64,000 bases of DNA from contig OU015567.1 of assembly GCA_907165135.1 (NCBI GenBank), positions 434,001 to 498,000 of the forward strand, read 5' to 3'. Source of the stretch: Oikopleura dioica. Lineage: Eukaryota > Animalia > Chordata. Both the position numbers and the translations under genes were made by a program. This document shows positions 25,178 through 36,700 of this stretch, in pieces. The notes under the pieces were generated by a model. That model searched no databases. It was not told where the DNA came from and saw only the letters and a list, made by a program, of their open reading frames with translations. Within the stretch, counting starts at the first letter, position 1. Every line of letters starts with the position of its first letter.

Positions 25178-25489
25178 TCAAAGTCTGTCGGTGATAATTT
25201 TGAGCATCATTCTATGGATGCCTTCGCACTCTTCAAGCGGGTTTTCGTAGCTGCCTTGGAGGAATTCGGATTTGATAATTTCGTAGCACTCTTCAAGGGT
25301 GATTTCGTCCGGCGTGAATCTGGAAAATCGTTGGGGCTGTGAGTTCATTCGTCTGGAAGGTCTGTAGCTCGGTTCGGCGCTTCTTCCGGTTCGGAACCAG
25401 CTTTCATCGGGCTGGCTGTTCGGCAAGTCAGATGTTCGAATGACCATAGCGGAAGTTAAAGAAAACAGGATCACTCGAAGAAACATCAT
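25178..25489 (-). CDS. Intronless 103-aa secreted precursor, possible neuropeptide prohormone
   Basis: Signal peptide MMFLRVILFSLTSA, then SWFRT-G-R, RR and RFSR basic sites and two C-terminal Cys. TATAAAA lies about 85 nt upstream. Confidence 0.65.
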   Translation of the reverse strand: MMFLRVILFSLTSAMVIRTSDLPNSQPDESWFRTGRSAEPSYRPSRRMNSQPQRFSRFTPDEITLEECYEIIKSEFLQGSYENPLEECEGIHRMMLKIITDRL

Positions 25490-25879
25490 CTTTTTTCTTG
25501 TTTTTGAGTTCTTTTTTTGATCTCGGAAGAGGAGTTAAAGTTTGATATGGGATTGGGAAGAAGAGTTAACTTTTATAGTCGATAGAATCGAAGGGCGACA
25601 GAGCCAGAGCGCCACCGAACATGCTACGACAACCTGTCATGATATTACATATTTTACGAGCGTGAAAGAAGTACTTGTCTTACTCAGTGCTGTACTCACT
25701 GATTTACCCCTATTCCGGGCGATTCCGGACCGAACCCATCAGGTAATTAAGTGGACTGGTAACCCCCGCGGAACCGTTGAAATTGCCACGTATCATTTTC
25801 AACATCAATTTTGCGACTTAAGATCTAGCGGCTAGATTCTAGCCAAATGCTCTGAGGGTACGAAATCGGGGACGCTTGA

Positions 25880-26190
25880 TTCGTGTACCAAAATTTTTTG
25901 GTATTCGAATACCAAATTTTTTTTAACCAGATCATATTTTTCCTTCAAAAACTAGTAAACCACTCCCAAAGTTTGGTATTCGAATACCAATTGGTACACG
26001 AACCGAGCGTCTCCCTACGAAATAAGACCCAACTTTCAAGAGTCGAAGTGATCACTAGGCGCTGGGCTTTATTATCATCTGTCACATTTAGTACGCATTC
26101 GAAATATATTGTTATTATAATATTCAATCTAATACAATTATTCTCTAAAAATCTAGTACCATTGGGTAATACCCAATGGGTATATTGAGA
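25880..26190. repeat. Cluster of short perfect palindromes
   Basis: TTGGTATTCGAATACCAA at 25898-25915 and 25973-25990. CATTGGGTA-A-TACCCAATG near 26160-26180. Confidence 0.75.
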
Positions 26191-27219
26191 ACACTGTTGC
26201 AATGATAGTTAATGGACTGTAACTGGAAAAGAATGATTTTCGATTTAAGGAGGTAGTCCTCGCTTTTTGCGATTTCGGCGGTTTTTGAACAGCGCTCACA
26301 CAAATTTGGGCTTATAAAAGAGGATAAAAACTTCTGTTTTAGAAAGGTTTATCCTAGGTCTAGAGTTGCCACTCCACAAAAGAAAAGTATATTATTCACT
26401 TAAGGAGCTAGAGATCAATTTATTCAGATATCTCTGCCGAAATCGTCATTTTGACCTATTTTTGAACACGCGTAGAACCATCAAAATACAATTGCAAATT
26501 CGCGCCTTATATATTTTTAGAAAGTTTATACGATGGTCTAAAGTTGCCATATAATAAAATTAAGAAATTCAAAAAAAATATTATGTAATACGATCGATCA
26601 AACCTTGAGTCTCAAAAACTTGAAAATATGAGTTTTTGAAAGAAGGTTTATCTTATTTTACCTTTACACCAGAGGTATTATTTATCATTTTTTAAGTCTA
26701 GAGACCATAAAAAACCAAAATAACTCTACAACGTTCGATGAAAAAGTCAAAAAACTTCGAGTTTATAAAATTTTTCATCAAAATCTCACTTTTCAAGTGC
26801 GATTTTGGGGGCTTTTCTCTGACATTTGAAAAAACTGACCTACACAAAAGTTGTAGCTTTTTCAACGAGCTTTCAGAATCTGGAAAGAAAATTTGAAAAT
26901 TCCGATTTTCTCAAAAGCGAGGACTACCCCCTTAATAAAATCGACCAAAGAAGTGAGATAAAACGATATAATCGTCAGAATAGTATTATCAAAGGAGAAT
27001 ATTGAAGGACGATATCTATAAAATATTTTATCTGAATAATGTAGCTGACGTGAAAATGTAGTCATACAGTAAAAGCCTAGTCAAGTGCTTGTAGTCATAC
27101 ATTATCCAGCAAACCTGCGGAATAATTAATTAATTTTATGAGAATGAAGAAAATTCGGGGACAGACAATTTCATGTGTTAATATTAAATCGTACATAATA
27201 AATATTTTGACTCTTGATG

Positions 27220-27690
27220 GGGGTGTAGGGCGGCGACGGTACAAAATTCGGCGAAAACTTTTGTACCGCCGGTACTGGCATAGTTTAGGTAGAGTTATGT
27301 CCAAAAACGACCATTGTAATGGGTAAAAATCGGTTTTTACTGTCAAAAAAAATATGATTTTTTGTACCGGCGGTACAAAATTTGTACCTGACCAGACACC
27401 TAACACTTATCCCTAGCCGAGAAAAAGTTTTGGTATCATACCAATTCTAGCTTTGCTAATAAAAAAAATATAAGAATAGGTGCTGTGCCGATTCAAATTG
27501 CAACCTTTCCTCATGCTGGGGTGGGAAACGGGACCGGGGCAACGGGACAATTGCCCTGTCCCGTGCAAATTCGCAGAAAACTCGAGTGAAAAATAAACGG
27601 GGCAAACGGGGCAAAACGGGAGGGGACGGAGCACCGAGTCCGAAAAATTAAGCGGGACGGGACGGGGCACCGATACTCCTTGACCCGTTT
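27220..27690. repeat. Transposon-end-like repeat region
   Basis: GGTACAAAA/TTTTGTACC inverted units at 27236-27390 and AAACGGG(G/A) units at 27520-27670. The motif CCCTA..GAAAA..TTGGTATCATAC recurs near 48400. Confidence 0.55.
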
Positions 27691-28193
27691 CGCACCCCAG
27701 TCCTCATGGTTTTACCAAAAAGACGACATTTTTCTAGCAGTAGCATAGACTCTTGACAATACAGTTTATTTCGTTACAAAAACAAACTCGTGGAAAAACA
27801 TGATTCACGAAATGTCAACTTAGACTTTTCTGAAAGCTGATCTTTAGGATTGACATCTACAATTTTGCAGAGATTATTTGTCCTTCCCTTTCATTAAAAA
27901 TTTTACTCATAGTTCTGATTCGCCCAGAGAAGACATCTCCTACACAGGTCATATATAAAAAATTTTCCGGAAAGATTATAATAGCCATTAGAAAGGCTAA
28001 AGAACACACAAAAATTCATCAAGCTACGTCATCAAGAAAGAAGAGCACCCTCTCTAGCCCCGCTAATGAACCACCTTCTGACTCTTCTACCGCCCTCTAC
28101 AATCTCTCACGCTCGATTTTTGTATATAAAAACCTCCCGGATGAATTATTTATCAACTCTTCCACTACAATCAAATCGAAAAATCAAAATAAA

Positions 28194-28469
28194 ATGAACT
28201 TTAAAATCTTCACCGTTCTTTTCCTCGCCATCAAGGCTTTCCCTGGCTACATGAGCCGACCGTGCCGAGGCTGCAAGACAGAAGTAATCAGCCAACGAGA
28301 ATGCGGAAAACTCTCCCGACAAATGTTTCTCGAAGCCTTTCAACAAAGCCCGGAATCCGTGTTCCTTGTCGAAACCCCCTACAAAGAATGCGCCAACTTC
28401 CACCGATTCATTCTCAAAAAAATCGTCGAGGAAAACTGGAACACTCACTACCGACATCTTCTCCGATGA
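28194..28469 (+). CDS. Intronless 91-aa secreted protein with 4 Cys, orphan
   Basis: Signal peptide MNFKIFTVLFLAIKA. TATATAAAAA lies about 70 nt upstream. Codon usage is coding-like. Confidence 0.65.
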   Translation: MNFKIFTVLFLAIKAFPGYMSRPCRGCKTEVISQRECGKLSRQMFLEAFQQSPESVFLVETPYKECANFHRFILKKIVEENWNTHYRHLLR

Positions 28470-28702
28470 AAAGACTTCTTCTGTCAAAATTCAAAAAAAA
28501 AAATTCAAAATTCAGAATGCTGCCTTTTCTTCTTAAAAAACATGTCACCACTTGAATTTCTGTTTATAAACATTCTTCCTGTCTGTTCTTTTCTACTAAA
28601 ATAAATGGAAAAAATATTAAATAAGTCTTTTTGATTGAAATCAAGGAAGAAAATTGCAATAACGAGGAAAAAATATTTTTTTTATTAAAACATCTTTTAA
28701 AT

Positions 28703-31533
28703 TTAAAATTGATCAGTCGGTTTATAGCCGAGAATATTCAACAAGTCCTCAAAAATTTGCAAAATACATTCAAAAAGTATTATTCTTTCGTAGAGTTCTT
28801 TTGAATTCTGATCGAGTTCTATCCATTTTTCATCTTTGGACATCACTTTATGTGCGAGTTGGCCCAGTCGCAATCCGAATTGCAGGAGAATAAAGCCATC
28901 AAGTTCGCTTATTGACTTTTCCCGGGCGTTCGAGTAGCTTGCTGAAAATTCTAGCAGCTCTCGCCAATGTGGTTCCAAAGCGAACGCGCTTCAACTTTGG
29001 GTCAACACTTTTCCTTTAATTTTTAACAAGAAAAGAGGGTTGAAGAAAGACCCTTGCCTGAAATCTGCGTCATCAGTAATCACCATCTGTCGCGTTCTCG
29101 CGTTATTTTTTGACAGTAGATTTTTAATTTTTGAATAGGTTCGTTGGAGGTACATTCCATTATCGTTTTTAAGGTGGAGCTGCCAGTTAAACTTCAGATC
29201 TTTTTGACGTTTTGAGCTTAAAAATGCGTTTTTGAGAAATTTTCCTTCAATAACACCAGGAGAGAATCTCCCTTTACTGTCATTCTTGACTATTCTTGCT
29301 ACAGTGGTTACAGTGTACTGTAGAAAAAAAAAGAGTACCTGAATACACTCGCTGCTACGAACCAAGCTGCATGTTTCTTTTTTGTCAGATCATCGAGCTG
29401 CTCAAAATTGTGCTTCAAATACGTTGACTTTTGCTTCTCCATCGTTTCTGCTTGTAATTCCAGTGCTTCTTGAACAACGGACTCGAGCGATAAACCCGTT
29501 CCAGCACGAGTTGACATTCCTTCTAGCTTCCCAAACCCGACAAAATCTATCTTTTCCGCCACATCGGGGTAGCCAAAATAATCCAGCGTCGAGCAGAGTT
29601 TATGAAAATGTTCTTTTTGCGACATATCTGTTATGTAACATAAAACATCCGCGGAGTACAATTCTGATCGTTTAATGGCGGTCAGCACATCACGTGATAG
29701 ATAGATAGTTCGACCAGCAGAGAGAAGCTTCACTTTTCATTGGAATGAAAATATTGAGTAGAAATTATGCTGCGCTTTTTCCTCTACGCTTTATCTTTTC
29801 TTTTCCCATTCCTTCATGATGTGTCTGCTTCATATTCTTTTTCCTCGATTTCTTATTGCCAGCCATTGCCCAAGACGGGTTCCACTTCTTCAGACGAAGT
29901 ATCACATCTTTGTTCATTTCCGAAGAAGAGCAGCTGTGGCCAACTTTCCTCAGTAGCCGGTAAATATCTTCAGGAGAAGCCACATCTTTTCAAGGCTCCG
30001 ATAATAATTCCTTCAAGGAAAAAGTCTAGACAGGTCTTATAAAATAACTTGAGACTAGCCTGACTCTCGTTCCCAGTGATCGAAATTCACATCAAAGAGG
30101 TTGTACTGCTTCCTCTTCGGGGATAGAAATTACAGGATGGATTGATGTTTAGGTTAAAGATCAGGGTTACGGTAAGACATTCCCTGTTAGGATAAGATTA
30201 ATAAATATGGCTTTCTATCTTCGAAAATATCATCAAAACAAATGAAAAAGACAAAATCCTATGACCAGATTGATCATCAATCAAGGTCCTATGATGTTTT
30301 GAACTCATGCAAATCGATTAGTAGCGAATTGAATATTCCGCCGATAATATTAACAGTTTACAATTTCATGCCCGTTCCTGTAATTTTCTTCACTCATCTT
30401 GACGACTCAATCCCTGGCTCATATGATGTACTGACGCAAAGTTCAAGATTCAACTTTTTGGAATGAAGTCTCCTAGTCAGCGAATTAAAAATAGAGTTCC
30501 ATATGACCCAGTGCCTTGTGAGTGGAATTTCATCGCCTCATGCTCTTGAGATGATAGTCGGCCCGCGGCGCGTTTAATTTCCGCCGCGATCTCGGATTCC
30601 CGCTCAATTTGGGAAACTTTGACGTAAAGTGAAACCAAATCCGCAATTGCTAATTGCTCGACCGGACGGCTTTCTATGTTCAGGATCGATTATGAGCTTG
30701 TTTGACGTATTACAGTGTGAGATTACAGTATTTCCATTCTTGATCGGTTTCGTTTTTAGCTCAGGTCAGAAAGTTTGAACATAAAAAAACTATAGTTTGC
30801 TTTGAAGACTTTGACTAGGTTCGAAAACCTGTATACAAAACCTGAGACAGGGCCTGAAAGATCTTTAATGAAAAACCGATTTTTATTGGAATTTTTATTA
30901 AAGATCTTTCTGACCCTGATTCAGGTCTGAAGTCAATATTTTCAACAATTCAATTCAAAACTATTTACGTATTGTCAATACGGTATTGATAAACAGTATT
31001 AGCAGAGAGTAAATTGAGTAAATTCTGAATTTAAGATAATGAGCAAGCAGATGGTTTATTTTAAGCTTGAATTTAATACAAATAATTGTCATGGGAAACG
31101 ATTACTGGCAAGCAATATCATTGACGTTGAAAATATACAATTTGTATCAAAAATAGAAAAATTGAAATGATAATGAGGGTAATTCAGAGTTCCAAATCTA
31201 CCTGTTTCAATCTCAACAACAATTTTGAAATAACGTCCGTTCAAAAATCGCTTTGAATCAAAGCCTTCGATCCCTTTTCCTAAATTCTCCACTGCAAAAA
31301 AGCAGTTTGGCAAATTGCTCTCCCCAGTCTCCCAAATAATTGACCCTAACAACATCGTGCCCTTTCGCTTCCAAAAGATTGCAGACACATTGTCCCGTAA
31401 TGGTGCTCCTCAAATGTCCCAAATGGAAGGGCTTGGCAATATTGGGCGAAGAAAAGTCGACAATGACGCGTTTTCCCGTTGAAATACGACTTTTCCATCC
31501 AGCTTTCAGAATTTCCGAAATCACTTGTCGCAT
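28703..31533 (-). CDS. RARS2: Mitochondrial-type arginyl-tRNA synthetase, multi-exon
   Basis: [22 protein letters not shown] (HIGH), [32 protein letters not shown] (KMSKS-like), and the anticodon-domain end [10 protein letters not shown]...LLNILGYKP. Confidence 0.88.
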
Positions 31534-31645
31534 TCTTACAGGATCAGGATTTAGTAACGAGGCTGTGTTTATTGCACAGTGAAGAAACAAGTATATTAGC
31601 TAGTAAAATAGACAGCAAGACCTTATGAGGACTATTTTTCGAATT

Positions 31646-33498
31646 CTAAGCGCAAGATTGAATCCAACTTCGGACGGCGTCTAGATTTCCTTCTTTTCCA
31701 GAGCATTCGTGTACTAAAACAAGGATGAACACTCGAAAAAAACTGCCCTTGTTCAAAAGGAATTGTTAAACTTTATACCACCAATTTTAACGTCATTATT
31801 GGGTATAAACAATGTCTATTTTTTGCCTCAAAGAACGCCCGTATAATAAAACTGACGTTGCGTGTTTACTCCTAGTTATACTTTTAAGTATGAGCTAATC
31901 TCGGCAACCTGCGTCAGAGTCCTGAAAATCGCATAGCTGCTTTCTTGAGACAAGGCCACTTTCAGAGCCCTGACTTAGGGCCACTAACTTAGGTGCCGGA
32001 TTCAAAACAATCGTTGTTTAACAACGGTAAATACAGTCTTTTATGAACTGACAAACCTTCAACTTTCATGGGCAAATCAGCAAACTTGAAACTGTCGGAG
32101 TTTTTCTTTCCCAAGTAAACCGAGACGCGCTCATCATCGTTCGTGTCCTACGCCAAAAAGTCAATTCATGCTCCGATTTCAATGTTTTAATTATAGAAAA
32201 ACTCGATCACCCGGATCACCCCTTGTGATTTCAGTGATCACAAGATGTCGATCTATGTTCCAACGAACTTTGACTTACCCTAAGGGCCGCTCCTTGTGTT
32301 TTTCGAACGAGGGTAAGTTCATTCTCCAGTAGCTCTTGAATCTTTACTCCGGACTTAAGAGGGTATATATTCCTAATCCTTTGGGATTCTTCTTGAAAGA
32401 AAAGTGCGTTTCACACTCAATTAAAATTTCCGTTTCAATTAATCCGGATAATGATTCTTTGGCCAATTATATCATATAAAATACATTTGGCTATTCAAAG
32501 AAGAAGCAATATTCTTTAAAAAGTTCTACTCAGTTCGTTATATTTCTATCTCTATCTTTCTCAGCCTTCAAAAATAACCCTTTCCTTGGCAATAGGACAG
32601 TCCTGCTGATTGGCAGCAATCAAGATCTTTGGCTTCAACGAGTTGATCTTTTCGTCTGTCAACAAGCTGAAAAGCAGCTCCGCGACGTCGCGAATTTCTT
32701 TTTGCACTTTTTCGGAGTTGATGACCAAGATGATCCCGCGAACGGAGCTCTTGAACTTTTGAATGGCGTTGTATCGCAGTCGGTCGGCGCCGGGAATGTC
32801 GATTAGTTGGATGGTCTTGGAGTCCTCGAGTTTGTATGCGGCGATGTTTGCTCCCTAAAAATTGCAGATAAGTTTGAACTTCGGAATTCTTAGTAAATCG
32901 AGTATGTCGTCGTATGAGCGTTCTGATCCACCCTTTGCGTCAAAAGATTTAAGAAAATGTCAAAAAGATCAAGACGATGACATGTTTTACGCCTAGATTC
33001 TAGGCACAACTTGTAAGCCAGAGTGTCAAAATAGAGGCTTACGATCGACGTGGCTGTCAGAAAATCCTTCTCCGAATTCAGCAGTTTCGATATCAGCGTC
33101 GTTTTTCCAGCTTGCTGAAGCCCAACGAAAACGATGTCGCTTCCCTTCGAGCTGCGAGTGAAGAAATAGGCGCAGATTCCAGCGATCAGCAAAAGCAACC
33201 CAACCAGGGCCTGAAAATCAATTATTCATTTTATCATTTTTTGACAATTTTCAACGTTCATATGTAAATTTGGCAATCGCAAAAACAGTCATAAAAGGGT
33301 ATTGTCGCAAATAAGATGAATTTGATGGAAATTTATATTCGATTTTCTTCGATTTCACATAATTAGCCGAAAATTATCATGAATTCTGCGCCAATTAATA
33401 AAGCGAAAGGCGTCCACAATTCGCGGAAAATGTAAATTTTTCTCATTTTTCACCGTAAAAGCTGAATAAAATTAACTTACAAAAATTTCCACCGACAT
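31646..33498 (-). CDS. SRPRB: Signal recognition particle receptor beta subunit, about 6 exons
   Basis: MSVEIF|ALVGLLLLIAG (TM), VFVGLQQAGKTT (P-loop), LIDIPG, NKQD, ELTLVRKTQGAA...YLGKKNSDSFKFADLPMKVE|VHECSG...RSWIQSCA*. Confidence 0.92.
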
Positions 33499-33799
33499 TT
33501 CTATCTTCGGAGAACTACAGCAGCCCGAGCCACTTCCGTACGAATCCAACTTTTCTTAAATTTATATCTTTAAAGCTTCAATTACGTTTGAACTTCAAAC
33601 TTCGAAGAAAATAATTGTCGGGAAAAGAATCTATAATCAACAATCTGGCAGTTAAATTAAACGTAATTAAAAAAGGGCTCATTCAGCAGTATGTATGGAG
33701 TCGCCAGAGTTTGCGCAAAAATAAAAGCGTTTTTCGGTTTTTGATGTCCATCTGTCGTTTCTTTTTTGTTGAGTTCAGAATAATTTTCACAGTTTACTG

Positions 33800-36700
33800 A
33801 ACGGAAGTAATTTGAGGAAATTGCCCTGCCAGCAAATCAAGGAAAATCAAATTAATCGTTTAAAAGTAAAGTATTTCGAACTCGATTTCCTTTGAACCAT
33901 ATGGATTGAGCTTTGTGCTTTGAATGAGTGCCTTTACTTCGTCTCTCTTTTTAGTCAAGCCCTTTCGGTGATAATTAGCGCAAAAACTCGAGCAAATCGA
34001 TGGACCAGACGCAGTCGTACCACTCAATCATTCCATCCCACCTTTCCGAGTGGTTCACAAGCTGGAGGGCTTTGGAATGCTCGTCCGCGTAGAAAAACGC
34101 AATCGCCGCGCTTGTGAAGTGCGAAATTCGCTCCAAGCATTCGCCGATCAATTTGAGGAGGATTTTGGAGCAGCGTTTTTGAAGAAATTCGGAGAATTTG
34201 ATCGGGCAGTAAGTAGTGTATTTTGGCTTGGACTCGGAAATGGGGTGGACGCCCGTCATTCTGTGGCAAGAGCGCGCTAGAATTTTGCTTGGATGAATTT
34301 CAACTTGCTTTTTTACCGAGGAAATCGAGTAACAAGGCCAGTGCTTCTTTGGGCTTTCCAGTTTGGAGCAAAACCTCGGCTTTGATGACGAAAAACTTTC
34401 CCTCTAAAAATAGATTTTGAACTTCCCCCTTTTTTAAACCCATGATGCTATCATAGGATTGATTAGTTGGATAGTCTACCTCTCGTGGGGTCTAATTTAT
34501 CGTATTCCATTCCAGTCTCGAGGAGAAGGTCCACTGAATCTTCGATGGCCATGACATTTGCTACAGGATTTGGGATGTGCTAGAAGGAGATGATTAGGAA
34601 ATTTGAAATTCTACAACTTTTATTTTCCACGTGATGATTTTTTTATCAAAATCGATGTCACTCTATCGTCTCGTTTTCATTTCTATTCTCATAAATTATG
34701 ACGATGTCTACCTATCTGAGATAGGCTATCTCATAAAAATGATCATCTTAGATAAACCGATTGTGTGCACACATGTGTAACGTTTGAAAAAAATGTGTGA
34801 CGCAATAAAAAGACCACGCTATTTTTAGGTTTAAAATTAACCTTTGGAAGATCTCTAGGAAGCTTTTCCACTGGAGCCAGAACTGCGTAGCCAATGGAGG
34901 AGCCCGAATGAAGCCGTTTCAGATGAAGAATGAACGTGAGCATGATTTCAATTAATTCCCGGTTGTAAAGATACTTCGAGAGGGTAACGATGTTGCTTGG
35001 TTTGACAGCGCGGCGGTAGTCTGTCGTGTCATTCTTACCGTCGAGGAGAGAGCTGCAGAGCTCGAGCCAGACGATTCTTGCTTCATTTGTTCTTTGAAAA
35101 AGTTCGATAAATTTATTCCGAGACATTTATTTCGCCTTTTTCAATAAAAATGTCTGGACTTTTTCCTATAAATGCCGCCGCGATGGTCTCTTTCCGCTCT
35201 GCCAGATCGATTCGTCATGTTCCACAGTTTCTGTGCAAAAGCCAAAAGTGGATCTTTGTACTTGTCGAATCGGCAGGAGCTCGTTTCGTCGAGGAGAATT
35301 GCGATGCCGAGTTGAAGCCAGTCCTCGCCTGGTTCGATCATTTTTTCACGGTTTGAGCCTGATTGAAGCTGGATGATATCGCTGATGGTTCTGAAAGATG
35401 ATCGATAGATTTCATCGTCACGATTTGACTCGATGCAGCCGGTAGATATCAAAGAAACCGGTGATAAACATGTTGTTATCATCAGTTTAGTGTTTGCTTT
35501 ACCATGAAGTTCCACATGGTGAAAATGAGATAACAAGACATTTATTTCAAGCTGAAAATGGCGGCTTGGATGATGCCTATTCCGATATAACACAAGAACC
35601 AAGTACATAGAACATGGTTCATCGAATATCATACTATTCTTGTATGACGCTTTCGTTTATCAGCTGAACTTTCCAGCTTTAGTGATAGGAATTGGGGGAA
35701 AGCAGATGAACCATTTACAATTGTAATATCAAGTTGATATTATCAACAAATTTCAAGATAGCACACTTTCGTCACTGATCTCAAATCTTACCTTTGTATC
35801 TTCTTGATCATTCCGCTTTCTATCTCCCTCGCTGGTTTTCGCTCGAAACAGTACTTAATCATCAAAATCCGGGTCTGTTCAATTTTCAACGACTGCTCGG
35901 TAAAATACGGCTCCTTGTTTTCTTTCAAAAATCGCTGCAGATATTCGACCAAATTCAGCGCTGCCTCGAATTGATTCAGTGCGACCAGCTGTTCTTCTTT
36001 GTAAAAGAACGCCTCTGCGAGAAGACGATGGTGAGGCTGAACGATGGAAACGATCTCGCACAGCGTTGCGCTTCTGATTTGCAAGTTGATTTGGCCACGC
36101 ATGTTGAGTTTTTTTGATCTTGTCGACGATGTTGTGCAGTTCTCGGGGAGAAACGACTTCGTTGAATTGCTCGCGGATTTTACTCTTGCTTCTGTCGTCG
36201 TTTTTGCCTCCAAGGTCCATGTCCACGTCTGGCTCGGCAGGAGTCAATTCCATTTCCACTCGTGAGTTCAGACGGCGGAAGTCTCTTTCGGAGAGGAATT
36301 CGCGGGCGACTGGGTGCGAAAGAAGATCAGAAAGGGATGAGGCTTTTCGATGGCCGAGCATGAGAAGACGAACGAGCTCCTTAATACGATCTTTGTGAAC
36401 CTTGTTGAGCCATTCTTTGCCAAGTACGTAGCTTTGAATGATTTCGAAGGTCTTGTTGATGTAATTTGGATTTGTCCTCGATTCAGCGAGAATCTCACCG
36501 TCCGGCAGGCTCCCCATGGAAAGGACGTTACTGGGGTCGGGAACCCACCATGTTGAGGTGGGTTATGGTGGGTTTTTTTAAGGGATTTTTGGTGGGTTTT
36601 CAGCCTGACCCTCACCCACCTCGAATTTTGCGATTTGGTGGGTTTTTGGTGGGAATTTTGATGATTTTGGTTGGTTTTTGGTGGGTTTTTTTTATGATTT

